DNA of 64,000 nucleotides from an uncultured Candidatus Saccharibacteria bacterium. GTDB taxonomy: Bacteria > Patescibacteriota > Minisyncoccia > Phycocordibacterales > UBA2100. The translations under genes were made by a program, and so were the position numbers. Below are positions 48,868 to 60,272 of the stretch, piece by piece (the stretch's first letter is position 1; each line of letters starts with the position of its first letter). The DNA lies in contig CAZPQI010000001.1 of assembly GCA_964589005.1 (NCBI GenBank), positions 67,675 through 131,674 of the forward strand, read 5' to 3'. Below the pieces are notes generated by a model, which saw only the letters and a program-made list of their open reading frames with translations, ran no database searches and was not told where the DNA came from.

Positions 48868-50148
48868 CTAGTAGTTTTTCAACTGAGCAGCCCTCTCGTG
48901 TAATCGTATTTTCTCAAGCGACTTTGCTTCAATTTGTCGGATACGTTCGCGCGTAACACCAAACATCTTTCCAACTTCTTCAAGTGTGTGGCAAATCCCC
49001 TCTTCGTTGAGGCCGTTACGCATTTCCAGAATTTTTCGTTCTTTATCTGAAAGTTCTTCAAGTACTGCAGTAATATGCTCTGAAAGAATACGACGACTCG
49101 CGGATTGGTCGGGGGACTCCATTCTATCGTCGGCAATAAAGTGCCCAAGTGTTGACTTGTCTTCGCCTTCATCACCCACTGGTGATTCCAAACTAATAGT
49201 TGCTTGGCTAATTTTCTGAATATGGTGAATTTTCTCAACATCTAAGTCCATTTCTACCGCGACTTCTTCTGGCATTGGGTCTCGCCCTAAGTGTTGCGAA
49301 AGCTCGCGCACTCGCTGTTTATACTTTGCGATTGTTTCCACCATGTGCACAGGAATACGAATCGTGCGCGACTGGTCGGCAAGTGCACGAGTAATAGCTT
49401 GGCGAATCCACCATGTTGCGTATGTTGAGAATTTATATCCTTTTGTGTAATCAAATTTATCAACTGCCTTAAACAGACCAAGGTTTCCTTCTTGAATAAG
49501 GTCGAGTAACGTAAGGTCGCTTGAACGTCCTACATACTTTTTGGCAATCGAGACTACAAGACGCAAGTTCGAACGAGCTAAAATACCGCGCGCCTCATCG
49601 TCGCCAACCTCAATACGCTTTGCGAGCTCTTTTTCCATATCAGCATTAATAAGTGGGTATTGACCAATTTCGCGCAAGTACATTTGTACTGAGTCGCGAG
49701 ACGCATCCGACCCTGAGCCAAACTTTTTCTTATCAAGAATAGTTTCGGTGTTATTTTCTAGAAGACCACCACTTTCGAGCACATCAATCCTCGCTGCTGC
49801 GAAACGTTCGTACAGTTCCTCAAGAAATACAATATCCTGCTCGATAGCGGGAAACTCTTTAAGAATCTCATCGTATGTAACATACCCGCGTTCGTGTCCT
49901 TTTTTCAATAGCTTTTCCGCTTGACGTTCCTTTTTTGACGCCCCTTTCTTTGGTGGTGTACGTTTTGGAGTAATTTTTTTAATCGCAGCTTTAACAACGG
50001 GTACAACCTTAGAAACAGCGGGTTTCTTCGTGATTTTCCTTACCGCTTTTTTTACTGACGTTTTTTTAGCAACCTTTTTGGTCACTGCTTTCTTCTTTAC
50101 TACTGCCTTTCTAGGGGCAATTTTCTTTGTGGTCTTCTTTTTGGCCAT
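48868..50148 (-). CDS. rpoD: Primary sigma factor RpoD with Lys-rich N-terminal extension
   Basis: [51 protein letters not shown]. Confidence 0.97.
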   Translation of the reverse strand: MAKKKTTKKIAPRKAVVKKKAVTKKVAKKTSVKKAVRKITKKPAVSKVVPVVKAAIKKITPKRTPPKKGASKKERQAEKLLKKGHERGYVTYDEILKEFPAIEQDIVFLEELYERFAAARIDVLESGGLLENNTETILDKKKFGSGSDASRDSVQMYLREIGQYPLINADMEKELAKRIEVGDDEARGILARSNLRLVVSIAKKYVGRSSDLTLLDLIQEGNLGLFKAVDKFDYTKGYKFSTYATWWIRQAITRALADQSRTIRIPVHMVETIAKYKQRVRELSQHLGRDPMPEEVAVEMDLDVEKIHHIQKISQATISLESPVGDEGEDKSTLGHFIADDRMESPDQSASRRILSEHITAVLEELSDKERKILEMRNGLNEEGICHTLEEVGKMFGVTRERIRQIEAKSLEKIRLHERAAQLKNY

Positions 50149-50161
50149 ATATTTTAATTTC

Positions 50162-50324
50162 TAAACCTGTTCCCATATAATAATCTTCGCCTATTACGCT
50201 TAGTTCTGGCTACAACTTGCTTCGTAAACCTCACCAATACGGTGTATTGATTCAACTTGCTCAACTTCGTTTCGCTCAAAACGCCACGTAATATACTTCG
50301 AAGATTAAACGTGAACAGGTCTTA
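50162..50324. mobile_element. MITE-like element (~160 bp) between dnaG and rpoD
   Basis: Inverted ends share ACCTGTTC and TAATCTTCG blocks. Confidence 0.5.
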
Positions 50325-50396
50325 CTTTATAGTGTTTTAAATAAAATTCAACTGTTTTGCTCCACTTGGACCTCCGACTTCCAAGTTGGCGTTATC

Positions 50397-52094
50397 TTAT
50401 AAATTTGCGAGCTTTATATGTAACTCTTGGCACTTCAGTGCCATTTCCTCTATTTTTTTTGCATTCCCCTCGCTTTCTGCTTTTTTAAGTTCTGCACTAG
50501 CTATTTCCAACTCTTTTCTAACTCCTCCATTTATTAAGCGCTCGAGTAAATCATTAATTGCGCTCCTTGTTGCGTCTTCTGTTGTATATAACAATTCGAA
50601 TCGGAACGCTGCTTCTGTATCACCTATTAATCTTTCTTCATGTGCTTTAAAACCAATTGGCGTAAGTGCATCTTCTATCTGTTTTTTAAATCTTTTAACA
50701 TCAACAAATGGTTCGCTAAGACTTTTTTGCCATAGGTACATTAACATCAACTCGTTTTCTACATTACGTACCTTCTCCATACGTTTTTCTTTATCACCCC
50801 CATTAGTAACTCCAGCATTTAATGGTGTCGCTTTTATTTTGGAAAGCTCTTGTCGTACCGCTTCTTCTTTTACTGCCAACTGAGCAGCAACTTTTTGAAT
50901 AAAGTGACTCTTGTCTATTTCGCTCGCAATGTCGTGTAAATATGGCAACACCTCTTTGGTTACGATAAGTTTAAATGCGCGGTCGTCTTTTGCATGCTCG
51001 CGATAATATTCTAGAAGAAACTCTACAACATGTTTAGAATCTTTTATCGCCTTCTTCCAATTATCTACGTCGCCTCTTCCAAGCATATCCGACGGATCCT
51101 CTCCTTCTGGCAAGGCAACTATCTTTACATCAAACCCGGCGCGCAGCGCAGCGCGAGCCGACTTCCCTGCACTTGCGATGCCTGCCTCATCTGAATCCAG
51201 TGCTAAGCAAAGATTATTCGACATTCGCCCCAGTAACACAATATGCTCGGGGGTCAGTGCAGTGCCCGAAAGCGCCACGGTGTTTGTATATTTCGCTTGA
51301 TGTGTCGCTAGCAAATCCATTTGACCTTCAACTAACACTGCAAAATTTGTTTTACGAATAGCCTGTCGTGCCCTATCGTAGCCGTATAAAATTTTCGATT
51401 TATGATACAGCGCAGTTTCAGGAGAATTTATATATTTCCCAGTGTTGTCGTCTTCTTTATCGAATATCCTTCCTGAGAACGCCACCACACGCCCTACACT
51501 ATCAGTAATGGGAAACATAATCCGTGAGCGAAAACGATCATAAAAGCCTTTATCTCCCTTTTTTATCAACCCCGCATCTTCAATATGCTTCTCACTAAAT
51601 CCAGCTGCCCTAAGATGGTCCAGTGCACCACTCCACCCATCGGGCGCAAATCCAACACGAAAAGATTCAATAGTTTCTTTAGTCAGACCGCGATCGGTTA
51701 AGTACTTGATCGCCTTTTTATTTTTCTTTAGGTTGTCTACATAATACGCAGTTACCGATTCAAGAATAGAAAACAAAGTATCTTTGTCGTCTTTCTGAAC
51801 TCCTTTGTCGAATGTTAACTCTACTCCAGATTTATCGGCGAGCATTTTAAGTGCACCTCTAAAATCAAGCCCCTCGATTTCTTGCACAAAAGTGAAAATG
51901 TCGCCGCCCACACCGCAACCAAAGCAGTGATACGTATCTCGCATAGGTGACACAATAAACGACGGGGTCTTTTCTGCGTGGAACGGGCACTTACCCTTCA
52001 GGTTACTCCCCGCTGCTTTAAGTTCAACGTACTGCCCTACCACTTCCTCGATAGAAAGCCGTTCTTTTATATTTTCTACATTTCCTATAGCCAT
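50397..52094 (-). CDS. dnaG: DNA primase
   Basis: CPFH.EKTPSF..CFGC zinc finger, KYINSPET, EGQMD, DSDEAG. Confidence 0.97.
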   Translation of the reverse strand: MAIGNVENIKERLSIEEVVGQYVELKAAGSNLKGKCPFHAEKTPSFIVSPMRDTYHCFGCGVGGDIFTFVQEIEGLDFRGALKMLADKSGVELTFDKGVQKDDKDTLFSILESVTAYYVDNLKKNKKAIKYLTDRGLTKETIESFRVGFAPDGWSGALDHLRAAGFSEKHIEDAGLIKKGDKGFYDRFRSRIMFPITDSVGRVVAFSGRIFDKEDDNTGKYINSPETALYHKSKILYGYDRARQAIRKTNFAVLVEGQMDLLATHQAKYTNTVALSGTALTPEHIVLLGRMSNNLCLALDSDEAGIASAGKSARAALRAGFDVKIVALPEGEDPSDMLGRGDVDNWKKAIKDSKHVVEFLLEYYREHAKDDRAFKLIVTKEVLPYLHDIASEIDKSHFIQKVAAQLAVKEEAVRQELSKIKATPLNAGVTNGGDKEKRMEKVRNVENELMLMYLWQKSLSEPFVDVKRFKKQIEDALTPIGFKAHEERLIGDTEAAFRFELLYTTEDATRSAINDLLERLINGGVRKELEIASAELKKAESEGNAKKIEEMALKCQELHIKLANL

Positions 52095-52162
52095 AGATAA
52101 TTCCTATGTTAGCACGCTTAACTAGCTTATTAGCCACTAAACTACGTAGATTTAAAGCCTAT

Positions 52163-55100
52163 TTATCTATCTCGCGGCGGTTCGTTTTGTGTAAGTTCCT
52201 TTTGTAAGTTTTTAATGGCATCGTACTTCTTACTTCCTTCAAATCCTGATCCTGCGGGAATAATTCGCCCAACAATCACGTTCTCTTTCAACCCAACAAG
52301 ATTGTCTTGTGCTCCACGAACGGCAGCTTCGCTTAATTTACGTGTAGTGTTTTGGAATGATGCTGAAGAAAGGAAACTATTTCGCGTAAGTGACGTTTCG
52401 GTAATACCAGTTACAACTTGGTCGGCAACGGCAACTATTCCCTTTGCCTCCTTAACCCTATCGTTTTCAATTTCTAATTGAACATCCTCAATCACCTGTC
52501 CCACAGAGAATTTCGTATCTCCTGAACTTTTGATTTTTCGACGTGAGAACATTTGCTTAATTACCACCTCAAGGTGCTTACGAGAAATCGAAATACCTTG
52601 GAGTTCATAAATCTTATTAATTTCAGTAATTATGTATTCTTGGGTGAGTTCCTTTCCTGCATAAAGGAAGAGTTCGGGAAGCTCTGCAGATCCGTCAGTC
52701 ATAAAATCTCCCTTAGTTACCGATTGCCCTTTCTTTACCAGAATCTGTCGCACGTGTGGAATTTTGTACTCCAATTCACGCTTCTTTGAACTCTTGCTTG
52801 TTCCTGTTGGAAGCAACGTAATAATCGTATCGTCTCCTTCTTTAATAAGATCAGAAACGACTCCGTCAATTCGTGCAAGAGTTGCCGGGCTCTTAGGTGA
52901 GCGCTTATCAAACACCTCTTCCACGCGTGGCAAACCTTGCGTAATATCTCCACCAATTGAGGCGGTACCACCTGCGTGCTTTGTGTTCATGGTTAGCTGA
53001 GTCGACGGTTCTCCAAGTGACTGCGCAGCAACCGTACCAACTGCTTCTCCAAGATCAACGAGTTCATTTGTAGTTAGGTCGTATCCGTAACACTGCTGAC
53101 ACACACCTTTGCGAGTTTTACATGTCATAGGTGAGCGCACCATAGCGCTTTCTATACCTGAATTTTCGATAACCTCTGCATCTATTGCAGAAACCAAGTG
53201 CCCTCGTTTAAAGAGTTCTTTCTTTCCGTCTATCAACGGCTCTGAAAGAGTACGTCCTTTTGTTGCACGTCCGATAGAAATTTCCATTCCTAATGCGTTT
53301 ATACGAGAAACTAATGCCCCATCTTTTGTTCCACAGTTCTTTTCGGTAATAACGATGTCTTGTGCCACGTCAAAGAGTCGACGTGTTAGATATCCGGCCT
53401 GTGCAGTTTTAAGTGCAGTATCGGCTAGGCCCTTGCGAGATCCGTGAGTCGTAATGAAGTATTCAATTGGTGTCATTCCCTCTTTATATGAAGCAATAAC
53501 AGGAGTTTCAATAATATCTCCTTTCGGGTTTTGAATAAGCCCCTTCATTCCTGTCATCTGAGTAAGCTGGCCAACTGAACCACGAGCACCTGAAGTAATC
53601 ATGTCACTTACTGAACCATGCGGGTCAACTGCGTCCATCACTGATTCTTCAATTTGAGTTTTCGCTTTTTGCCACAGTTCAATAGACATGCGACGTCGCT
53701 CTCCATCTGAAAGAAGCCCCTCGTTGTATTGTTCTCGAAGTTCAAGAACTGCTTTTTTTGTAACCTCAATTATTTCTTCTTTCTTAACTGGTGAAGCAAG
53801 GTCAGAAAGTCCCCAAGTAACGCCAGAGTGAGTAGCATATTTGAATCCAAAGACCTTAATTTTGTCGAGAATTTTTGGCATACCCTCAAGTCCGTACTGT
53901 GCAATAAGAGCGTCTACAAGTTTATTCATGTATCGGCGGTCGACAGTCTCGTTGATGTACGGGAAGTCTGTTGGCAACACCGTATTGAACAAAAGTCGTC
54001 CTACCGTAGTTTCGAATAGTTTTCCTTCAAATTCTTTGTATTTTTCTGAATCTCCAGGAAGAACCTGGATTTTTGAACGGAAGCCCACTATGTCGTAGTC
54101 GTATGCGCCAATAGCGCGGTTTGTAGTTTCAAATATCGCCCCTTCTCCTTTTTCTCCCTCAACAATTTTAGTCATCCAGTAAATTCCGAGGATCATATCC
54201 TGACGAGCGTTTGTTGTAACATCCCCCGATCCTGGCTTCAGAATATTCTTGTGTGACGACATAATAGTTCGTGCCTCAAACTGTGCTTCGTCACTAAGAG
54301 GCACGTGTACTGCCATCTGGTCGCCATCAAAGTCGGCGTTAAACGCTTCACACACTAATGGATGAAGTTGAATAGCACTTCCTTCAATAAGTACGGGGCG
54401 GAACCCTTGCATACTTTGACGGTGCAATGTTGGTGCGCGGTTTAGGAGTACGTACTTTTCTCGAATTACTTCTTCAAGAATCGCCCATACTTCTGGAATT
54501 CCTTCTTCTATAAGTCGCCCCGCTCCACGAATGTTGTATGCGATTTCTCGCTCAAGGAGTCCTGCAATAATAAACGGACGGAACAATTCCAATGCCATGT
54601 GCTTAGGAAGTCCACATTGGTCAAGAGAAAGATCTGGACCAACCACAATTACACTTCGTCCTGAATAGTCTACTCGCTTACCAAGTAAGTTTTGGCGGAA
54701 GTATCCCTGTTTTCCTTTAAGATAATCTGCAAGAGACTTAAGTGGTCGTGAGCGTTGCCCGCCAACTGAGTAGGCGGTGTTTCCACGGCGCACCGAGTTG
54801 TCGAGCAGTGCATCAACTGCCTCTTGCAAAATTCGTTTTTCGTTACGCAAGATTACGTCTGGTGCATAAATATCCTTAAGTTTTTTAAGTCGGTTGTTTC
54901 GGTTAATGACACGTCGGTAGAGGTCGTTAATGTCCGACGAAGCGTGTCGTCCACCCTCAAGTGCAACCATCGGTCGCAGAGCAGGTGGAATAATTGGAAG
55001 CCTAGTCATAAACATCCATTCGGGGCGAACATTTGCGTCGTGCATTTGTTTTACTAATGCAATACGCTTTTGTAGTTTTACTCGCTCTGCTGCTCCGGCA

Positions 55101-55828
55101 CTTTCACTTTTTTCTGTAAGAATTTTTAAAAATTCTGGAAGGTCGAGCTTTACAAAAATGTCGTATAGAGCTTCAGCTCCAATTTTTGCTTCAAAACATG
55201 CCGAATACTTAAGTGCAAATTTGTGATATTCACCTTCTTCAAGCACTACTCCTTCCTTGATACTTTCAATTTCTTTCTTCGCAACTGTTGCAAGCTCTTT
55301 CAAAACTTTCTTTGTTTTTTCATCTTTAACTTCCTTGCTCTTAGCCTTAAATTCGCTTTCCAAGTCTTTCAGCAATCGCGCTTTCTCATCGTTAATCACT
55401 TTCGTAATAATGTATCCCGCAAAATAGACTACCTTTTCCACTTCAGAAGCAGAGATACCAAGTAGTAATGCGATTCGTGATGGGATTCCACGATGGAACC
55501 AAATGTGCGCTACGGGTGTTGCAAGTTCGATGTGTCCCATTCGCTCACGGCGCACAACACTTCGCGTTATTTCTACGCCACATTTTTCACATACGATTCC
55601 TTTAAATCGGATGCCACGATACTTTCCACAATAGCATTCGAAGTCTTTTTCTGGACCAAAAATCTTTTCGTCGAAAAGACCATTTTTCTCTGGCCGTTGT
55701 GTACGGTAGTTAATTGTTTCTGGTTTGGTAACCTCTCCACGAGACCACTCCAGTACCCTCTCAGGTGACGCGAGTTTAAGCGTTACCTTGTCGAAATCAT
55801 TTATGAGCATTTCTTTGTTGGTTTTCAT
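52163..55828 (-). CDS. rpoC: RNA polymerase beta' subunit
   Basis: NADFDGDQM, LLGKRVDYS, GLPRVEE. Confidence 0.99.
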   Translation of the reverse strand: MKTNKEMLINDFDKVTLKLASPERVLEWSRGEVTKPETINYRTQRPEKNGLFDEKIFGPEKDFECYCGKYRGIRFKGIVCEKCGVEITRSVVRRERMGHIELATPVAHIWFHRGIPSRIALLLGISASEVEKVVYFAGYIITKVINDEKARLLKDLESEFKAKSKEVKDEKTKKVLKELATVAKKEIESIKEGVVLEEGEYHKFALKYSACFEAKIGAEALYDIFVKLDLPEFLKILTEKSESAGAAERVKLQKRIALVKQMHDANVRPEWMFMTRLPIIPPALRPMVALEGGRHASSDINDLYRRVINRNNRLKKLKDIYAPDVILRNEKRILQEAVDALLDNSVRRGNTAYSVGGQRSRPLKSLADYLKGKQGYFRQNLLGKRVDYSGRSVIVVGPDLSLDQCGLPKHMALELFRPFIIAGLLEREIAYNIRGAGRLIEEGIPEVWAILEEVIREKYVLLNRAPTLHRQSMQGFRPVLIEGSAIQLHPLVCEAFNADFDGDQMAVHVPLSDEAQFEARTIMSSHKNILKPGSGDVTTNARQDMILGIYWMTKIVEGEKGEGAIFETTNRAIGAYDYDIVGFRSKIQVLPGDSEKYKEFEGKLFETTVGRLLFNTVLPTDFPYINETVDRRYMNKLVDALIAQYGLEGMPKILDKIKVFGFKYATHSGVTWGLSDLASPVKKEEIIEVTKKAVLELREQYNEGLLSDGERRRMSIELWQKAKTQIEESVMDAVDPHGSVSDMITSGARGSVGQLTQMTGMKGLIQNPKGDIIETPVIASYKEGMTPIEYFITTHGSRKGLADTALKTAQAGYLTRRLFDVAQDIVITEKNCGTKDGALVSRINALGMEISIGRATKGRTLSEPLIDGKKELFKRGHLVSAIDAEVIENSGIESAMVRSPMTCKTRKGVCQQCYGYDLTTNELVDLGEAVGTVAAQSLGEPSTQLTMNTKHAGGTASIGGDITQGLPRVEEVFDKRSPKSPATLARIDGVVSDLIKEGDDTIITLLPTGTSKSSKKRELEYKIPHVRQILVKKGQSVTKGDFMTDGSAELPELFLYAGKELTQEYIITEINKIYELQGISISRKHLEVVIKQMFSRRKIKSSGDTKFSVGQVIEDVQLEIENDRVKEAKGIVAVADQVVTGITETSLTRNSFLSSASFQNTTRKLSEAAVRGAQDNLVGLKENVIVGRIIPAGSGFEGSKKYDAIKNLQKELTQNEPPRDR

Positions 55829-55832
55829 ACGC

Positions 55833-58800
55833 TTATTTGTCGGTGTTAGAGCTACTAATAGGATTTTTTTCTAGGTTTATATCGAGTGCTAATCCACGCA
55901 GGTGACGAACCAAAACATTAAATGTCGCAGGTACGTTTGGCTCTCGTATACGCTCCCCTTTTACAATCGCATCGAATGCGGCTGAGCGTCCAAGAATATC
56001 GTCTGACTTAATGGTGAGCACTTCACGTAGTGCATACGCCGCACCGTAGCCAAGCATTGCCCACACTTCCATTTCTCCAATTCGTTGCCCCCCGTTTTGC
56101 GCTTTACCGCCAAGTGGCTGCTGTGTAGTAATAGAATATGGTCCCACACTACGCATGTGAATCTTATCTTCCACCATGTGGTGAAGTTTTAAGATGTACA
56201 TATTTCCAACGGCAATAGGTTGGTCGAATTTGTCTCCTGTTCGTCCATCGTAAAGTTCTAGTTTTCCTGTTTCGGGGAATCCGGCCTCTTTAAGTTCATC
56301 TGTAATTTCTTTTTCGGTCGTTCCCGAGAACGGTGCAACAATCGCCTGATACCCAAGCTCTTCAGCAGCGAGCCCGAGATGCATTTCCAAAATCTGCCCC
56401 AAGTTCATACGAGAAGGCACTCCGAGGGGTGTCAAAATAATATCAATTGGCTTTCCTTCTTTTGTATATGGCATGTCTTCTTCGGGAAGTACGCGAGAAA
56501 TAACACCCTTGTTACCGTGGCGTCCTGCAAGTTTGTCTCCCACTGAAATGTTTCGCAATTGCGCTACTTCGATGTGAATTCGCTTAATGATTCCACTTTC
56601 AAGTTGGTCACCGTTTTCACGAGAGAATATGCGAATTTTTACAATGCGTCCTCGTTTTCCTGCTTCCATTCGTAGTGATGTATCTTTAACATCTTTAGCT
56701 TTCTCACCAAAAATAGAACGAAGTAGTCGCTCTTCTGGTGTCAATTGTGTCTCACCCTTTGGCGTTACTTTACCTACTAGAATGTCGCCCGAGCGAACCT
56801 CTGCACCAATGCGCACAATTCCCTCTTCGTCTAAGTTTTTAAGTTTCATTTCCGAAACGTTCGGAATATCGTAGGTTGTTACCTCGGGGCCAAGTTTCGT
56901 GTCGCGAACATACGACACAAATTCTTCAACATGAATTGAGGTAAATTTACTTTCTTTCACGAGTCGTTCAGAAATAACAATAGCATCCTCGTAGTTGGAT
57001 CCCGCCCACGACATAAATGCAATGCGTGCGTTTTGTCCAATAGCAATTTGCCCATCAACACTTGAAGATGTATCTGCAATAATGTCACCAGTTTTTATTT
57101 TATCGCCAACATTTACTGCAACTCGTTGGTGGAACATAGACATGTCGTTGGTACGTGAAAATAAAACAAGTTTATACTCTTTTTCCTTTCCTTTTGTATT
57201 TTTAACAACTACCTTACGCGCGTCGGCGTAGGTAACGGTGCCAGATTCAGTTGCAATTATAAGACGGCCCGAGTCGCGCGCTGCGTTTTCTTCGATACCT
57301 GTGGCAACATACGGAATTTCAGGAATGACGCAGGGAGTTGCCTGCTTTTGCATGTTTGATCCCATAAGTGAGCGGTTTGCGTCATCGTGCTCCAAAAACG
57401 GAATCATGGTTGTTGCAACTGAAAATGCTTGTCCTGTAGCTACTTCAATATATTCAACTTCTGTTGGCTTCACAAAATATGGTTCTCCCTTTTTGCGTGC
57501 TTCAATAAGTTTTCCTTCTATTTTTCCGTTTTTGTCGCGATCGGTTGCAGCATGAGCGATAAAGTAACGCTCTTCCACAAGTGCATTCATGTAAACAATT
57601 TCGTTTGTAACCTTTCCTTTCTCTACACGCGCATACGGAGTTTCAATAATTCCAAAATCGTTTAGTCGTGCGTGTACTGCAAGACGCAGAATAAGTCCGA
57701 TGTTTTGTCCTTCAGGAGTTTGAATTGGACACAATCGTCCGTAGTGGCTCGTGTGCACATCGCGCACATCAAAACCAGCTCGCTCACGTGTAAGACCTCC
57801 GGGGCCAAGTGCACTTAAGGTTCGCAAGTGCTCAAGTTCAGCGAGAATATTGTGCTGATCCATGAACTGCGAAAGTTGGTTTGTGGAAAAGAATTCCATA
57901 ACCGCAGCTGAGAATGGCCGCGGGTTAATGAATTGTACGGGTAAAATAGTTTCTGCATCAACGGTCGACATTCTATCTTGAATGTTACGCTTCATACGAC
58001 TCATTCCGATTCGTACTTGGTGTTGCATCATTTCGCCGACATAGCGAACACGACGAAATCCAAGGTGGTCGATATCATCTTCTTGTGCTCCTTTTGTGTT
58101 GTTAAGTGTAATTATGTTCCCTACAATACGCACAACGTCATCTTTTGTAAGTGTTTGTTCTTCAAGTGCCTTAGGGGTAGTTTTAAGATCAAAACGGTGA
58201 TTAAACTGGTATCGTCCCACACGCGAGAAATCGTATCGTTCCTTGCTAAAAATTGTAGAAACAAATTCTCGTGCGCTGTCAGGTGTTGCTAGGTCTCCAT
58301 CGCGAAGTCGTTTATATACTTCAACAAATGCATCAGCTGTAGTTTCTGCAATGTCGTTCTCGAGTGACGCTTTAATTACTTCATCTGCCCCTTTCACGTC
58401 CTTAAACGCTTTAAGCATCTCCTTTTCAGTCTCAAGACCAAAAATCTTTAAGAATGTAGTTACAGGAAACTTTCTCTTGCGATCAATCTTTACGTAAATA
58501 GCTCCATCTGGTTCTGCTTCAATTTCTACCCATGCACCACGGGCTGGAATAATTTTTGCGCCAAAATATTTTGCTCCCTTTATTTCGTTCTTCAAGAAAA
58601 ATACACCGTACGAACGGGCAAGCTGTGGTACCACCACACGCTCAACACCATTGATGATAAACGTACCGTGGTCGGTCATATATGGGAAATCGGCTAGGAA
58701 AATCTCCTGGCTCTTTTTCTCTCCTGTAGTTTTATTAGTGAGCTTCGCTTCAATGCGAAGTGGAATCTTATAGGTAAGACGCTTAAATTTAGCGTAGTGC

Positions 58801-59021
58801 TCGTCGTACTCTGGTTTTCCAAATTTGAAGCTCGAGATGTCGAGATCAAACTTTTTTCCCGAGTAATCGGAAATTGGCGAGAACTCCTCAAAAACAGATT
58901 TAACTCCAACTTCGAGGAGTCGCTTGTACGAGTTCAATTGTTCACAAACAAGGTCAGGTGTTTCGGTCATGTTCGTGGTGAACTTCCCGAAATGTTTTTT
59001 GGGTAATTTTGTGTTACTCAT
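55833..59021 (-). CDS. rpoB: RNA polymerase beta subunit
   Basis: GDKLAGRHGNKG, TPEGQNIGL, GEMEVWA. Confidence 0.99.
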   Translation of the reverse strand: MSNTKLPKKHFGKFTTNMTETPDLVCEQLNSYKRLLEVGVKSVFEEFSPISDYSGKKFDLDISSFKFGKPEYDEHYAKFKRLTYKIPLRIEAKLTNKTTGEKKSQEIFLADFPYMTDHGTFIINGVERVVVPQLARSYGVFFLKNEIKGAKYFGAKIIPARGAWVEIEAEPDGAIYVKIDRKRKFPVTTFLKIFGLETEKEMLKAFKDVKGADEVIKASLENDIAETTADAFVEVYKRLRDGDLATPDSAREFVSTIFSKERYDFSRVGRYQFNHRFDLKTTPKALEEQTLTKDDVVRIVGNIITLNNTKGAQEDDIDHLGFRRVRYVGEMMQHQVRIGMSRMKRNIQDRMSTVDAETILPVQFINPRPFSAAVMEFFSTNQLSQFMDQHNILAELEHLRTLSALGPGGLTRERAGFDVRDVHTSHYGRLCPIQTPEGQNIGLILRLAVHARLNDFGIIETPYARVEKGKVTNEIVYMNALVEERYFIAHAATDRDKNGKIEGKLIEARKKGEPYFVKPTEVEYIEVATGQAFSVATTMIPFLEHDDANRSLMGSNMQKQATPCVIPEIPYVATGIEENAARDSGRLIIATESGTVTYADARKVVVKNTKGKEKEYKLVLFSRTNDMSMFHQRVAVNVGDKIKTGDIIADTSSSVDGQIAIGQNARIAFMSWAGSNYEDAIVISERLVKESKFTSIHVEEFVSYVRDTKLGPEVTTYDIPNVSEMKLKNLDEEGIVRIGAEVRSGDILVGKVTPKGETQLTPEERLLRSIFGEKAKDVKDTSLRMEAGKRGRIVKIRIFSRENGDQLESGIIKRIHIEVAQLRNISVGDKLAGRHGNKGVISRVLPEEDMPYTKEGKPIDIILTPLGVPSRMNLGQILEMHLGLAAEELGYQAIVAPFSGTTEKEITDELKEAGFPETGKLELYDGRTGDKFDQPIAVGNMYILKLHHMVEDKIHMRSVGPYSITTQQPLGGKAQNGGQRIGEMEVWAMLGYGAAYALREVLTIKSDDILGRSAAFDAIVKGERIREPNVPATFNVLVRHLRGLALDINLEKNPISSSNTDK

Positions 59022-59396
59022 AATTTTTATAACTTTCTTATTTGGCGTAGTTCGTTGTTACCGCACAAAAAACCCTCGCTCCCCATATTGCAATATGGCT
59101 CGCTCGATTTTCCGCTTGCGCCTAGAACTACATCCAAATGCGTAAGTTCTAGAATAACTACAAACTAGAACGACGACGCAGAATCCCGACCAAAGGATTT
59201 TCTACCTCGTTTAACTTACACACTATGTTTATAAAGGGGTCAGGTGGGACTGGGAGTTTAACCACCTAACTAAAGTATTAAAAAACACTTTTCATAACAC
59301 AGCTGGTGACAAGCACACAACTAGCCATAACACAATCGAACAAAAAGTTCCCGCCATTTTACATGATGCAGGAATTTTGTCAAACACCTCTACCCT

Positions 59397-59577
59397 AAAA
59401 ACACATGTCGTTGTGTCTGGGTGAATGTTTTTATTCTAAAAACCCAAAACAGACAGTTAACTGTCTGTTTATTCAAAATGCCCTAGGAGCCTCCTAGGGC
59501 ATTTTGATTCCTCCCAATCTTCAACCTGCCTGCCGGCAAGGCAGGTAATTATACGTTTACATTTTTCGTCGATGGTG
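59397..59577. repeat. ~180-bp structured intergenic repeat, copy 1
   Basis: Near-identical to 62099-62276; partial third copy at 62926-63010. Confidence 0.92.
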
Positions 59578-59588
59578 GATTGGAGTTT

Positions 59589-60260
59589 TTATACAACAAC
59601 ACTTTCGCCTTCTCCTACTATTTCAATTTCTCCGTCAGCAACTTTGATCGCTGAGTTGTCGTCAATTCCGTACAACGGAGTTTGCAAGTCTTCTATTGAT
59701 TCTAAAATTTCTTTTCTAGATTGTGGAAAGTGAGCTGAGTTGAGGTGAGGAATGACTATCAAGTCAACAAAATCTAAAGACGGCTCCAGTTCTTTTTCTC
59801 GTTGTTCTTTAGGATACACTTGTTTAAATACTTCACCTGGCATAAATTTCCCAGCCACCATGCTTCCTGCACTAATTCCCATAAACACACGGGTCTCTAA
59901 TAGTTCGGGAAGTGTTGCTCCCAACCCAGATTCACTAATCATTTTTGCTAAATACTGCTCATCGCCACCGCCAAAGCAAATCAAATTTGCTTTTTCTAGT
60001 CTTGGACGCCACTTGTCTTCAGGAATCGCAGAAATATCTACAATATCAATAAATCCATAATCTTGTTCTTGAAAATGTCGTAAGTCGTCGATGAGCCACC
60101 CCTTGCCGCTTTTTTCAAGATTTGCAGCTGTCGGAACAAATACTAATTTCACTTCATTGGCAGGAACACCAACAAGATCAAGAATTGCGTCTGCGATAGT
60201 TTTATTTCTAATCCCCGCCGATGTCAAAAGTAATTTCATATTTTCATTATACCAAACCAA
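59589..60260 (-). CDS. Peptidase E / S51 family
   Basis: LLLTSAG, FVPTA, GGGD, GISAGSM, PH. Confidence 0.88.
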   Translation of the reverse strand: MVWYNENMKLLLTSAGIRNKTIADAILDLVGVPANEVKLVFVPTAANLEKSGKGWLIDDLRHFQEQDYGFIDIVDISAIPEDKWRPRLEKANLICFGGGDEQYLAKMISESGLGATLPELLETRVFMGISAGSMVAGKFMPGEVFKQVYPKEQREKELEPSLDFVDLIVIPHLNSAHFPQSRKEILESIEDLQTPLYGIDDNSAIKVADGEIEIVGEGESVVV

Positions 60261-60272
60261 ACACCCATCCCC

